From positions 124,001-188,000 of the forward strand of contig NW_026782403.1 in assembly GCF_031769215.1 (NCBI RefSeq): DNA of 64,000 nucleotides, written 5' to 3'. The DNA is from Ylistrum balloti (Eukaryota). Below are positions 40,395 to 55,354 of the stretch, piece after piece (the first letter of the stretch is position 1; each line of letters opens with the position of its first letter). Below the pieces are notes generated by a model that had not been told where the DNA came from, ran no database searches, and saw nothing but the letters and a program-made list of their open reading frames with translations. Position numbers and translations under genes: made by a program.

Positions 40395-40745
40395 GACAAT
40401 GGTCAAGCATTATTTATATCACAATGGTCAAACTTCCTGAAAACGTTTCCTACGTTTTCTGAAGTACAAAATTCCATCATGGGAAGGTAAAGGTTACTCA
40501 CAAGGTTAAATGTTCCAAACACCACAAAGTTTAAAGGTTTCTAAATGGCAAAGGTCAACCGTTCCATTCACGACAAAAGTCACATGCTCATTTCGCGACA
40601 AAGGTCAAATGTTTTCTGCAGGACAAATGCTAAACATTCCATGAATGACAAATATCAAACGGTTAATACACCGTAAAGGTCAATCTGCAAGTGTTTCCTT
40701 TTCAAGAAATGTGAAACGTTTCATTTTTGACAAGGCCAAACGTTG
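40395..40745. repeat. Decayed ~25-bp tandem repeat with (gac)aaaggtcaa core
   Basis: AAAGGTCA at 40550, 40600 and 40675, plus variants gacaatggtcaa, caaggttaaa, gacaaaagtca and gacaaggccaa. Confidence 0.55.
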
Positions 40746-41526
40746 TTACAAAAATAGCAATATAATGACAGTTGCATGTATAAACAATACATTGCTAACA
40801 GGATTGGTTCCCCAGCGCTCCAATATCTCTCCTGTGGTATATCGGTTCGTATGGACTCAATCGAGTTTCTCCAATTATTGTCGACTTGAGGCCGATTGAG
40901 CTTTGTTATCGCGGCTTTTCAGTGACAAAGAAACAACGGCATTAGCTGTTATGTCGCGAAACGTGAGCGATCTCTCCAGAGTAAGGTCCTCGTGGTACAA
41001 ACGTGTCGACAACAGACAGATTGTGTCTTTGGGATACACTACAGTGATATTTTTAACCGTTCAGTAGATTTTCCGGCCTGTGTTAAAATTGCCTGTGGAA
41101 TCTGGGATAGCGGACATACTGTCCTACTGTTTGGTACTACGTCAAACCCTCTGTAATCTCTGTCGCTTATTTAGTTTTTATGCAGTCACAAAGGTAGACA
41201 CTTGTGTGACAGTAATAATAGTGTGTCGTCGTTATCTCACAGGAGGTTCAGATCCCTTTCAGGTAATAACGCTCAACAAAGAAATGCAAACGATCGTAAA
41301 GATTTTCTGTAAACGAGATTAAAAACAGATTCACAAATAAGTAGTGTGTTGTATATTAGATAGATAAAGTTTAACCAGAATGTCAACAATAGGTTAGGGT
41401 ACAGTTTGCACGTTAAACAGCTTTCATTCAGAACAGTAGAAGTAATTAGACAGAGCGCCGTTTAGAGACGTTTGTCAATTCCATTGTGTGATTGTCAGAA
41501 AATTGAATTAAATCGAACACAACTGT

Positions 41527-41722
41527 AGTTAGCAAACCTAACCTAACCTACACTATCACGAAGTATTCAAGTCCCTAACTGTGGTTTATCTCAATAGTTA
41601 GCAAACCTAACCTACACTGTCACGAAGTATTCAAGTCCCTAACTGTGGTTTATCTCAATAGTTAGCAAACCTAACCTACACTATCACGAAGTATTCAAGT
41701 CCCTAACGGTGGTTTATCTCAA
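41527..41722. repeat. 64-bp repeat, 3 copies
   Basis: Unit agttagcaaacctaacctacactatcacgaagtattcaagtccctaactgtggtttatctcaat; starts at 41596 and 41660. Confidence 0.93.
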
Positions 41723-44700
41723 AAAGTGAACGAAAATAACACGACCTATTACATCCGGATACGTAAAGGACATTTAGTGGAATGTTCAGCACGGCAAAGG
41801 TACAGCGATAGAGAACTTAAGCTGCGTGTGAGGTGCCCCGGGAAGCTTTGACAGTGATAAGTACCGACAGCCCCCATGGGCCCAAAACGAGGTGGGCTTA
41901 CGACAAATAACAGTACATGTAATCCTAACGAAAATTGCTAGGTTCTCAAAAAACACATGTTCCTTTCACATTTTCACCAAGTGAAGGTATACCTAGTATG
42001 ACTACCATATTGATGTGTTAGTTTCATATTTGATACAGGCGAGTGTTTCCAGTATTGTATGTAATACTCTATTTGTGGATAATAATTAAGATATTACGGT
42101 TTTAGTCTGGCGAGATACGATGATCAGATAAAGGCATCAGCTTCAGAAACGTTCTTTAATCTGTCCAGAGGAAAGGAAGGTGGGACTAAAACCAAAATAT
42201 GTTTGAGGTATGCGAGGAAATGTAGACCAGGAAATAAGATACAGAAAGAACGCAGGCAAAACTATGTGTGATCATCATAATTTTAAAAAGGAACAACCGA
42301 TATTTGAACAAAAATATTTTTACGCATTCGTTTGTAAGTTCTGCACAAGAGAAGGTTATCTATAGACGGAAGTATCAGACATGTAACCTATGGGAAAATC
42401 GATGTCACTTTGTTATTTTAACATCACAAAGAACGGTTAGATAAGTAATATCTGAATGGGCAGGTCACTACAGTTTCTGTAAACTAAAATCAACGACTAC
42501 TGTTTGTAAACAAAACTGACAAAAGTTCAGCTAGATGTTTAAGTTCTTTTAGTTATTATATTGACGATTTCAGAAAACAAAAGCTTTTATGAATAATGTC
42601 GTCATTAATTTTTTATAATCTCTCGGATTGTTACATAATTATAAAAATCTCTACAATATCACATCAAAAGTTTCCTTAATTTAGTTAGGAAATGATAATG
42701 GAAGTATGAGTTGGTATTAATGTTTAAAATATCTATTATACATTAAGAATGACGGGTAGTCATTATCAATGAATTAGGTAACATGTAGCAACGATGTGTT
42801 AACTACTCAGGCCAATGTTGGCTGTCTCCGGAACACGGTATATTGTTTATGATAAAATCGGACAGGAAAGTGTTTATCAGCTGCGCAATATTTTCACCTG
42901 CCAAAATACAAGTGTTTGTAATTGGTATTGACATACCGGCATCAAGCGTTTGTTTACGATGTTGATGTACGACATTGTAACCCTGCCTCCAGCTAATTAC
43001 CTCCCTGAGTAGTGGACTGGGGTGCCAATAAGACGCGCGCTCGACTGGATGTTTGGGTGATGTTGATTTGTGTATATGTTTAAGAGATTTCATTATTATT
43101 ATTAATGATAATTAATTTATGAAGTAATTAATCCAGTAGAGGGTGTTAACCCAATGATGCACGTTCATTTCACGACAACATGGGAAGTACGATATCCTCA
43201 TCGCTACGGCCATTAAGACGTACACAGCTGATTCAGATTATAAGGAAAGTTCGTCCTTGAGATTCTCTGTAAATTAATTTTATATCCATTTATGTGATAC
43301 AAAATAATCCGCTGTTATTGCACCAATATATATATTTAGATTAGTAAATGAAATGAAGTGCACTTCCAAAATCCTGGTATTAGAGTCTTGTATGTTATCA
43401 GTCAAGCACACAGAAAGTGCGTTACAAGGTATGGAAATTCCTGCAACAGCTTAGTTTTATACACTCCGAAATAGTTATACACTCCGAAATAGTGTGGGAT
43501 ACATTGTAGTTAAACTATTATGAATAGAAGCCTCGCATCTGGAAAATGTGTGGAAAAGTACACAAAAAGTACTGAATACATACTGCTAACGACCTATTGC
43601 TCGAGTTGGCTGCACACTGAACTATTGTACTGGTGAGCCGAGGTCGAGAAGTACAGTACTTTAAGTACATGTACACTCCATGTTTATAGTCCCAAGGCTG
43701 GAGTCCACCTATACATGCGGTACACAATAATGTACCTTACCAGAAACGTCATGTACATGTCGCACTCAATCGTAATACGCATGTTTCCAGTCACTAGGAA
43801 TTTAGTATAGTATCTCTTGTAACTGTCTACTTAACGTACGCATTCATAATGACGAGACCAAAAAGTTTCCATTTTACAGTGCCACACAGTATAATGTGTT
43901 TGTATAGCGGATGCACCGCCCCGAGGGCACCCTTAAGAATATATATGTACTGACAGTTAGGATAAACTTCATTCGGTTCAAGTTTTCAAATACGCTGATA
44001 TGCAAATCAATACCTGAAATCGGTTTCCAGTATGTTATATGTTTTGACAATGAGAGGCTCTCTTTCTATAATTCCCAAACCTACTTTATTTGTATCCTAC
44101 TCCACTGAAGCCAAACTACAGCATCACTTGTTACTTATAAATAAATCGGCCCGCTTCAGCATAAAATACTTCTGTTCAATGAATACAACTTGTTTGATGG
44201 AATGTAAAATATTCATAGGAGGGGAGAGAGAGTGGCAAGACTTTCTCGAGACAACGTGTGTCAGTGTTGTCTGTACTTTGTCTATGGAAGGCAGAATGTC
44301 AATACAACAGACTGGTGATGAGGAACAGTTCGGAACACTTTCAATTATCATCCCTATATATTTTGTTTTCAAATGTCAGTCGGAAGCCCTATTATCAGCA
44401 CAAAACGTCTGTGGCATGGTGCCTTGAATATTAATCTTCCTGCTTTGTTGTTAGAAAAATATCTAAATACGTTTTCGCTAGAGTGACAAAGCTGACACGT
44501 CAATGGAATGCTTGAAACAACACTTTCATAGGGACTCTTTGCACAACACTTACACTCGCGTCGACACCTGCGCATGTCTGCTGTGTTTGCTTGCCTTAAA
44601 GAATGTAGCAACCTTGACCAGATGCCAAAATCCTGGTGTTCAAGAATAGACATTTTGGAACAAGTTACGCCAGGAACCATCAAACGCTTTCGCCTGTGTA

Positions 44701-47700
44701 GGAGAGGACTACATAGAAATATTTCGAGGGGATTACACGCTGTTTGAAGGTGGTGGGCGGTGCATCTTTGTTAATAATTTGGATGGGGATGTTGGTAAAG
44801 TAATAGTTGTCTATAAGTGCGTAGATATATACCCTTCAATAGGCTTCTATAACATCAGCACTCTCAGTAGGTGCTGTACACTAATGCATTACAATGGAGC
44901 AATAATGTGTGTTTTTAAACAGAATTTCACGGGTGAAACCAAACATGCCATGGTTTAATTTATTATGTCTATTCGATCCGACTAATGTGGTTACGACGGA
45001 GAAATAACTGCCACATCAATATAGGAGGCTTCTAACTGTTGGTGACGTACATTCATTCCTGGATACACTCGTATGTTAGTGACAGTAATCGCAGTCCTTG
45101 TTTTCCTCCTGTCCTTGTTGCCAGCGCTGGGCGCCAGTGTCCAGAGAAACACACCGGAATTAGTGGTGACAGGGAATTTAGGATCAAGGAATTCCATTCG
45201 TTACTCACATTATTAATTTCTCGTCGCCTTGACATCGGTAAACGCGGAGAATTAGTGAAACATAGGCGAATTATTGGCATTTTAAGCCATGTTTTGTTTT
45301 GTTCCTGATGCCACAGTGGTGAACACACAGTTGTCGTAGCTCACTGTCGTGTCCACGGTGTCCGGGAATAGCCAATGATACTATAACGGATATACAACGC
45401 CGCTCATCAACCGTCACACAGCGTTATATTTTGGTGTTCAGTGGTTCAAGGTGGCCATTGCCTATCTTGTTAATCGGATTTACATATCTATCTACCGAGA
45501 TTGGATTCCCTTGACAGCATTTTGAACAACTATAACACGATGTCAGAAACATTGGTCAGTTCCAAGATGCGCTCTGAAAATAACAACACGTACCATTGGA
45601 AGCCGGACACCAAGAGGGCCGCGCCTTGTACATGTGCTCGGTAAATTCGGGGTAAAGACGGGTGGGAATACACTGACAAAACTATAGAAAACAATGATCA
45701 CATTGATTATATATGTATAATGATAAGCTGTTGCAGTAATCTATTACTATGGACGGAGAAAAGTTTCAGTTTTCATTATTTTCACTTTATATCAAACGAT
45801 TAATATTGTATAAATTGACTATTTAATGGCGGGATAATGCTATTTTGATGTTACATGTGAAAACAATATTTAATGTTTTTTTATAGACATATTTATATGA
45901 CTAAATCAGACACATCTGTTGGTAGCTTACCCATGTACGTCTATGTTTATCATGACCACAGGTATGTTGTTTATCATACAGGTGTTTAAAACATTGTACG
46001 TCAAGGCTTGGTATGTCAACATGTATTGTATATAATGCACGTGTTTACGTATATGATTTACAGTCGGTAAATGATCTCGTGCACACAATTACACACGCCT
46101 TAACGTAATCAGAAGGTATAGACAAACGAGACATTGGATAATTGACCACACATGGCAAGTGTACCAGTACAGTAATGAACATGCATTCGAACGTACATTT
46201 GAGATGATTTTGTTGTTATGAAAATTTTGACTCGGTACCAGGTCTTAATAGCAAATTCTTTGTTAGATATAATTCAAATTTGTATGACGGGATGCCTTAA
46301 TTATAGTAATATGTTTTTAGTATACCAATGCAAAATGTGTGTTTGATCAGTCCAAAACTTATACGGATTCACGGCAGTTGTTAAATGTCGTAGTTGAACA
46401 CTGAAGTTTGTTTATAGTGTGCTAATTGTGTGTGATTTACAAATCTGGCAGTGTGTAAACGGTTTCCGTGACGGCTACAAGTGATAGCCGATGTTACCAT
46501 CATGCAAACCAGATGTGTGGTGGCAAGCGTGACCTTGACCTCCTACAAACCTCCAAGAAGTCAATACGCGCCCCGTAGACCCCGATGTAAAGAGAATGTA
46601 TCGATTCGTCTTTGATATATTAAGCCCGGTGCTTTGGAGCTTTCTGTAGGTTTAAGGCCAGAAGTAATTGAATAAAAATTGTTTATGTAACAAGACACAT
46701 ATTTATGGCTCCTTGGGATCTTAAAATAACCTTGGAATGCACGGCAATAACATAACACTATCCCAAGCCGATCATGTCGGAAATATTGGCTAGTTTTGTC
46801 ACGTTGAAATATGTTGTTTAATGCTTGCTTGTTGTGACGATTGTATGCTTGGTTAGTGTCCACTTTTTGGTGCTCTCGGGGTATAGAAATTTTAGCCCAA
46901 AATTGAAAAGGGTTGTCTGAAGAAATTAGCACAAAGGCATAATTAAGTACCAAGAAATATCATTGTCGTTGGTGCAATCTTTTACATTGCAAATGGACAA
47001 CTTAGAGGGCGAGGCATTCCTTGTGTATACAATGTGTGATGATAGGTGTCGGTATCTCTGTCTCTCACACTCTGAATAATAGATGTGACTATTGTCTGGT
47101 GAATTCAAGTGCTTCATGATATATACATGTACGGTTGTAGTTGTCGGTTTCTTTCTCTGTGGCGTAATTCACTGTCATACTATTTTCATCACTTCTCTGC
47201 TGATTATGTGGCTGTGTCTAGCTTGTCTTTAATGATATATGGTACATTCTTACTGTATGCCTGGTTACATACACCGAACTGTGATCTATCATTGAATGAA
47301 TACAAAGTCAAACGAGTGAAAGGTACAATAGCTGTACAGGTTTTGACACGTTACATAACAAAATATGTATGATTCGAAATATTTTCTAACATGCATTAAA
47401 ATTTAATACTACCGGTAAATTTGTCATTCTGTCCTAAAAAAAACTTGAACAGATGTCTCCGTGGTAGCGGCATTCTGATCGTACGTTAAGGATGAATCCA
47501 TTACAAACTCTAGTCGTATTGGGCCCAGTGTATTCCATGGCAAATATGTAAAACAGATATCATAGCTAGAAACGGTAGACAATAAGTACCCCTAGGGAAC
47601 TAATATTGAATTGTGGTATGCTGTTCCGTGTCACTCGGCGAATAACGTCCTCACTATCATGTTTAAAAAGGTGCTATCAATCAGCATTTTAAATATCCTG

Positions 47701-48165
47701 CACGTGCAGTGTCGGTCAGCCTTAGAGACATTCTACACAGGCAGTGTCGGTCAGCCTTAGATACATTCTACACGTGCAGTGTCGGTCAGCCTTAAAGACA
47801 ATCTACACGGGCAGTGGCGGTCAGCCTCAGACATTCTACACGGGCAGTGTTGGTCAGCCTCAGAGACATTCTACACTGGCAGTGTCGGTCATCCTTTGAG
47901 ACAATCTACACGTGCTACGTTGGTTAGCCTCAGAGCTTTCCTACACATGATGTGTTGGTCAGCCTCTGAGCTTTCCTACACATGCTATGTTGGTCAGCCT
48001 CTGAGCTTTCCTACACGTGATGTGTTGATCAACCTTTGATCTATCCTACACGTGCTGAGTCGGTCAGCTTCTGAGCTTTTCTACACGTGCTGTGTCGGTC
48101 AGCCTCTAAGCTTTTCTACACGTGCTTTGTCGGTCAGCCTCTAAGCTATCCTACACATGCAGTGT
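47701..48165. repeat. 35-bp minisatellite, ~13 copies, polarised divergence
   Basis: Unit cacgtgcagtgtcggtcagccttagagacattcta drifts to cacgtgctgtgtcggtcagcctctgagctttccta; starts at 47701 and 47736. Confidence 0.92.
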
Positions 48166-51100
48166 CTTTCATTTTGATTGTAATTGGGCAATATTGTCAA
48201 TTCATGTAACAACACGCACGTGTAGTGAATTTCTGTCTCTGAAACGTTGTCCACATACGTTTTCGTATTAACCCAGGTGTTATGTCCTTCAGTTTCGGAT
48301 GGCATTTAGGATTTGGTAGTTTCTGTATTTTGATCATATAATCGATACGTGTTTGGTAGTTTTTGCGAGTGCCGTCAGCCAGTAAGGTAGCCTGTACTTT
48401 TCCGTGTAGATTCCAGAAAGTGGAATATCAGTTCCCGCCATCATTCTATTTCAAATATACACGAAGAGACAGCACTATTACCGTGTAACTTATTCTCGAC
48501 AGATTAATTCAAAACTTTACGACTATCGATTGAACGTACTCCTGGAATGAGTTGTCTGCTTTATTACCTCACAGCCTTTGATGTGGACCTAAAGCGTGGT
48601 TTAGCTGGAATAGAATACCAAACATCGGTGATATTATTCTCGGACTTGACGCTCTGTACCAATAGTAGCGGCCTTCTTGTACTAAAACTACAATACAGCA
48701 ACGACATTTCCAATACTATTACCGTCGACAGAAATTGTTTGTGTAATTTCGGTTGGGGATGATGCTAACAAATGAAGATGAACACGAATTTAATGAAAAC
48801 AAATCCAGAATTGCTAATGTATCTTACATCTAGGTATATTGTCAGGTACGTGGGCTTGATCATTATGTCACTATGGCAACTGAAATAGTCAGTTTATAGA
48901 TAAGCTTGGATCTAAAGATCGATTCTTTATAGAAAGATCAGATGGGATGACCTCGCTCTGTACAATCATCACGCAACTATATCATTTTAATATCCATACT
49001 AAAATTTTCTCGACAATAACATCCACTTCTTTTCATCAGTTTATTAAACAGCTAGGATGATGTTTCTGGAGTCTGTAATAGTACAAGGTGTGTTTTACAC
49101 AGCTCAGGAGGCTTGTTCATAAACTATCGTGCGTTCTCACGTTTTATTGGATTTGTATGTTACAAACGTTTTGTCCCTTTTTGTTTAATTACTCGTTTTA
49201 TTGTTTGACAGTATGTCTCTGTCGAGCGTTTGTATCAAATTATCTATACAGGGTTGTATGATAAAGCACTGACGCATGGCGTCGTAAGGTGTACGCTCCA
49301 AGACATTTGTATTCTCTACAATACTAGTGTGATTTATAGATACTGCACGAAACAAGCTTGTTTACAGTAAACACCCAGTCGATCAAGTTATTTTACATGT
49401 AATGATATTCACTTATATCTACAGTATAGATCCGTTCACAATGTTTTGTAATGGTTTAATACTGGAAAGAGAAAGTAGGAAACCATATATTTCCATGACA
49501 AGTGAGCTTGAATGTAATCGTACTTAGCCTTGCCAAAACACAAAGGCGGCACTGATTGACTATCAAGGTTACTTCCTGATCCTGAAGCCATGACCGGGTA
49601 ACGAAGCCAACTGGCTCACGCGCAGTTTTTTCTAGGCGTTGTTTGATGTTAATACAACACTTCCCTACAATCACTGATAGTGTTTACATAGGAACATGTA
49701 CAACTGTGATTTATGTATATTTCAAATGTTTCTATATTGATCTCTTCTTGTACCATTGTCGCAAACAGATGTTGATTTTCTAAAATTTTCTGACGTGGCT
49801 CTAGATACTTAAAAATCGATTTAGATAAAATAAATCCCCCAACTACATATCAATTGTGTATATACACCATTATAATAAACAAAGACAACGAAATGCAGCA
49901 AAACTACAGTAAGATATATAACTACATTTACTTCAGTTACTTCAGTCACGTGTACACTTGTGTGTAATAATGGACATCTGATATCTCCCACCGACTAGAG
50001 TTCGAAATGTTTACTTTTCTACAAACTCATGGTTCTACAGACGAGAAAGTGTGTTTTTTAAGTTTATGAACTGTTTTGTAACAAATGGCGTTGTAACTCT
50101 AGGTCGATGTTTAACGTTCCTGAAGGGGTAGTACTTTTTATTTTAGGGTGCTATATCATCACTAACCAGTCCTAGTAGGTCGAAACAGTTGTTTGTGATA
50201 CAATTGAATTTATTCTTTGACTATTTATTATCGAAATCTAAACCTTGTGTCATTTAACCTTCTGCTGAGGGACTGTTTTCCCCGAGGTTTATAATATTTC
50301 ATAACGTAATATTTGGTGTTTATATGTTTATATGAACATGTGGTCTTTTTTCCATGTACTTTTTGCCATAAGTCTCCGTGTTAATCTTTCTCTTGTTCAT
50401 GTTTTGCACTATTTTCATCAAAATGGATTTTAGATTTAGATTCTGTTGGAATGTCGGTATGTTCTTTCCTAATTTTGAAGCACTCAGTATAAAAACGACG
50501 ATATTTATTGAATTATGTGGTTACATAAAGTACATCTCTTCATCTTTATTTTGAAATTTACTATGGGCAAAAATTTAATTTCCCTAAGGTGCCTCCTTTG
50601 ATTTCAACACCCTCTAGCATCACCGGCGAATCCTAGAATTACGAAGCAGCTGTTTGATGCAGTTTAATTTCTTGGTTTGCCTTGCCGAATATAAGTATAT
50701 ATATATATATGTGTGTGTGTATCTTTCTTTTGAAAGAGTTGCATATTCATATAGGTGGCTTTAGTGCAACCGTTGCCGCCAACTCAATTCCAGTCGTTGG
50801 TCTTAACACGGAAGTTTGTTGTTTGGTCTTGCAATCCAGTACATTAAAACACAATTTCACAATGTAAATTCACCACATGATATTGGTTTTTCTATTATCT
50901 TGCTTGGAATCAGCTGGATGCATTTCTTCACCTATTTGATATCCGTCTATACCTTGTTGTTACGTCGTATAACAACAACACATCACTTCCTAATTAAGAT
51001 GTGGCATCCCATCGGCTCTTTATAATCCTGTAATTAGGGACGCGTCTGTTTCCACAAATTCAGATAGTCCCATACCAGCAGCGTGTTTTGGTGAATGTCT

Positions 51101-54100
51101 TGTTGAACGTATGTTATGTAATGAAAATAGTTGGTCTTCAAAGACGATACGCCGTGTAATTGAACGGAATTTAAGAAGTTTCCTACTAGAATACTTTCAT
51201 ATTGCATATAGAGAATGGTTTGGAGGATCGCTATCTGAGCGTGCATTACGTGGTGTCGGCTGCTAAGGGAACGTGCAATACACGTGCTGAGGATGTAAAC
51301 AACAGTTCTCGGAATATCAAACGGAAGTCAGCAGCATACTGTTACATAACCACTAACTGTTAATTCTCATCCAGATGTTATCTGATTACCTAAACAACAA
51401 ACAAATTGAATCTTATTTTATATGGAAACATATGTAAGCTCTTCAATACTAAACATGAGAGACCGATTTCCCTGCAAGCGCGACTGATGCAATCGTCTGT
51501 ATGGACGTACATAATTACTACATATTTAAATTTGTAATCCACATTCTTATCTTTATTACTCCAGGTTCCATTGCGTCCTTTTAAACGTTATTGGCTGCTT
51601 AGATCGACGCATGTTGGGCGGCCGTCTATCTTTGGACCGGTCGGAGTCAACATTACATAAAGACTTTCAATTTCTGAATAATTTATGGACATAAACAGTT
51701 ATGTCATGTTATTTTCCGTCTGAACGAGTGTGTTTATGTCTATATGTAATTGTCACACGTCGGCGTCTATCGTTGACTATAGATAAACTTGCTTATGTAA
51801 CAGAACCAATGTACAATCCTCCACGATCAATAACAATGACACGTTTACAGTGGTAGAGTGTATGTAACCATCATTATATTGAAACAGGGTTTACCCACTC
51901 TTTGGTGTTGGCTTGTCAGCTGACAGCAAGGTGCATTACATGTCTGCGGAAAGACAGATCGATTTATTTGTGGGAATGGAGACAGAGAAATAATGACGTT
52001 TAACCATGATGAAACAAATTAAGATTTAAAAGATGTTGCTGAAGTAGGGGCTGTTGCTTCCGAAAGCGAAATCATAGAAAACGTTATTCAATTGTCACTT
52101 GTTGTCAAGGTACCCTGATACATGTTTGCTAGGTCGAAGTTATGTTGACGATGGTAAGGTGAACCCTTCTTGTTGTATTTGTGTTGTTGATTTTACCTGT
52201 TATTATCAAGGAAGCATCCGATACCGGAATTAGCTTTCCCTTAGAGTTCAGGAATTTCATCATCGTTATCATCATCAGCATCAGCAGCAGCAGTAGTAGT
52301 AGCAGCAGACATGAAGCTGTGCTCATTTGCAGTTATTTGTGTATTGGTACATGTAGTCGTACATTGTACTTTTTCGCATTTGTTGCAGAAATACCTCTTT
52401 ATGAGCAATGTTATTTCCTATACTGTGACCATTTGGTGTTCTAGTAAATAACACTGTCCCCTTCTGTGGTGCGTTTTTATTAGACAGGTTATTTGTATCA
52501 TTCTTTGGCCTTTGATATAGTTACGTTGTTTAGGAAGGAACATCGACATGTTTGACAAATGCGCGTGTTCTTTCCCGTTTTGTATTGTTGTACAGTTACT
52601 TGTCGGTATAAATATATGTCCTTGGTTGGGGCTATCTGATGTCAAGGGGATTTCTTAATAGAAATTGATTTCATTTCTTGCCGATTCCTGTTTTGTGATA
52701 CTTCCATGGGTTCGTGTCGTTTTGCGACACTAGAACGCTAAATTCATCTAAAGAAACGATGTAAACCACAATTTTGCATATGATACTCATATTATTAGGC
52801 CTGTAACACATGTTTGTATCGAATTTGTCGGAACATCTACAACCTGGTCGATAGGTTTAAATTTGATTACTTCAAGTCATCTAATTTGTAATATTGGCAA
52901 TTAAATTTGTTTTAAATGAAATTAACGCTAAACGAGACCAAACAATCCACATCTCAATTATGAATCTAAAATTCTGGTACCAGTCTTATGTAATAAACGA
53001 AAAATGAGGTTAGTCTAATCAATTAGATGGACATTTGACGCCGGTTCATCACAGGAAGTACTGGTATCGTCAGCGATTACAGTTTGTGGTACACACTAGG
53101 ATTGTGTAGTGTTCTTTGATATGGAAAAATCCATGTTTTGGCATCCCGTGATGGAATATTCTTATTCACTTTAGACTTGGGTTGCTATTGGTTAAAAACC
53201 TACAGACACTACACTGTTGTAAGTCTCGACATCACTTTACTACGTACATGTACTGCCATGTAGTGCAAAACATGGCTGTTTATGATGCTTGTAGACTAGA
53301 ATTACCATCAGATTCTTACAGCAGTTAAAAAGGGAAAGGTCAAGGAGCTGTGGGAGTCATTTAGTTTCATTGCAATACATACACGTGTTCAAAGGTTGTT
53401 CAAAGTTACATGTAAAAATATATAGACACACGCAAGATACTGACGTTATGCTAACCGGTACATCTAATTTGACGTCAAAACGTCAACAATTTGAGGGCGT
53501 TGTTTGCCGTGAAAATAACTTGCCATATTGATACTATGAACCGGGAATAAAGAAATGTTTATGCAAAGCTGATTGTAATATGTAACTTAATTGTATATAT
53601 ATCATAAGTACAAACGTTGGATATTGATATTAAAATATTGAAAACAAACGGAATAATTTGTAGAATTTAATGTTATATTTACATATATGTTGCATTCGCG
53701 GTTATGTTATATTCATAAGTATACTACGACTTCCAGTAATTCGGTTCTGTGGAACTTACAGCTAGGTGTCTGTATGGTAAAGCAAATGGACGCCTACCAC
53801 TTCGCGAAGCTTTAAAATTTTGTCAGAACAAAATTATTATTAATACACAATTTGTCTCAAAACCGTTATAATCACCCTTACGGGCCATATTCTATTTGAC
53901 TGTTAATTGTTTTGATATCGACCGTATACCACCTTCTGGTAATAGTACTGATGTTAAAATTATTTTCCATTACCTTCCTTTTTTATTGTGACCTAAATTT
54001 CCTTAAGTTGACTCGTTATCTCTTTTTATACATCTTTCCACTGAAAACATTACAGTGTGTCGACTTCGGTCTACAGTATAGATCGAGAAAACAAAAGGCT

Positions 54101-54479
54101 AGATAATATCCGTAATTCGCTCATTCTCAGGTGATTCTAAAGCCGCAGCAGATTTAATCGTCATTTCATCCCTTATGGCGCTTAAGTTGGGATTCCTATG
54201 ATCGTAGCTGTTACAAAGACATAAAGTCCAAACCAAACTGTGGAAATATCTGACATCAAAAGCTATTTATCGTAATGGTACTGTTTATTCTTCAACATCG
54301 AAGTATTTCTTCAGTTATCCTAAACCAAGGCAGTATGATTTGCCCAAGGAACAAAACAGCTCTTACAAAATCATCACTGGCTGAGAAAATGTTTATACCT
54401 GCAATCTAATGTCGTGTTTAATTTTCCGCATATCGCATTATCGTCACTAAACCATGAATAGTTCCAGACAATATCCGCC

Positions 54480-55065
54480 AAACAAATCTGATCCACTAGT
54501 TATTTTTCCTTTATATCTCTGACAATTTCTTATCACGATCACTGCCTTTGAATTTCATATTTATCAAAAAGCATTCAGAGGGCAGGTGCTTGTTGCCCGA
54601 AAACATAACTCTCCGTGATTGCTTTGAGATGACTTGTCAAAAACCAGATGCTCAAATTACGGTCAGCGACATTTGAGAAATGTGTTTGAAAATGACCAGC
54701 GTTGATGCTGTATATTGTGACTGTCCCTGTAGTTGTTAGCGGTCCGTCGTCGCATACGGTTTTGTGAGTCCGGCTTCCGTTTCTAGTTGTTGGATCTCCT
54801 TCAGATTGTTGGTATCGATTAATGACGGGAAATGTCGTATGGATACGATCTGTCAATGACGGAGAAGCGCCCATCTGTAGTGTTGCTGATGTAGGTCTCT
54901 GGTTACGTCTGAAAAATCTATTACGGGCGGATCTCCAAGGTCAGATATGTTTTTACATTGCTGGAAATGTGCATGTCTTTGAGGATATGCCGTGAATAGA
55001 TGAGCACAGAAGCTAATTGGTGGGTTATTTTCAGAAGCTTTGATGAAGGTTCGTAAGTGCTCCAA
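54480..55065 (-). mobile_element. Degenerate non-LTR retrotransposon (CR1/L2-like) ORF1 end / ORF2 endonuclease start
   Basis: Minus frame TVTIYSINAGHFQTHFSNVADRNLSIWFLTSHLKAITESYVFGQQAPAL*MLFDKYEIQRQ, then a +1 shift to DRDKK. This matches the APE-endonuclease N-terminus pattern (xxNxxxL...iaitEtW...I.gY...R.DR). Stop and frameshift present. Confidence 0.45.
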
Positions 55066-55354
55066 TCAGTGGCATTCAGGTTTTGAAATGTTCCTGTTGT
55101 ATCTTGGACTGATTAAACGCACTATCAGTATCAGTAGAGGTCGTTCACTCAGAGATTAATGTTAGGATCTCCAATGTCGGGAAGCAAGGTATTGGTACAT
55201 TGCGTATGTGTGTGCACGTGCTCACCTATAACACCTTCCTGAATGACGAGTGTACCTAGTGGCCAACACGCTCCATGTCTACGTTTTACATAATAAACCT
55301 TGGAATTGTCGTTAATGTGTGTTAATGATAGACTGTTTTCTCTTTCCCCACCAG

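Noticed and set aside
44124-44683. TCQLCHSSE and IEQKYF motifs recalling an L1/Tx1 C-terminal zinc-binding region
   Set aside because: The His/Cys ligands are missing and no RT motifs are seen upstream; too weak.
54853-55065. ORF with globin-like spacing FCAHLFTAYPQRHAHFQQC (B9-B14, Pro C2, Phe CD1)
   Set aside because: No E/F-helix histidines or G/H helices follow, and there is no acceptor at the conserved B12.2 intron position. It sits directly upstream of a LINE endonuclease remnant, so an ORF1 relic or chance is more parsimonious.
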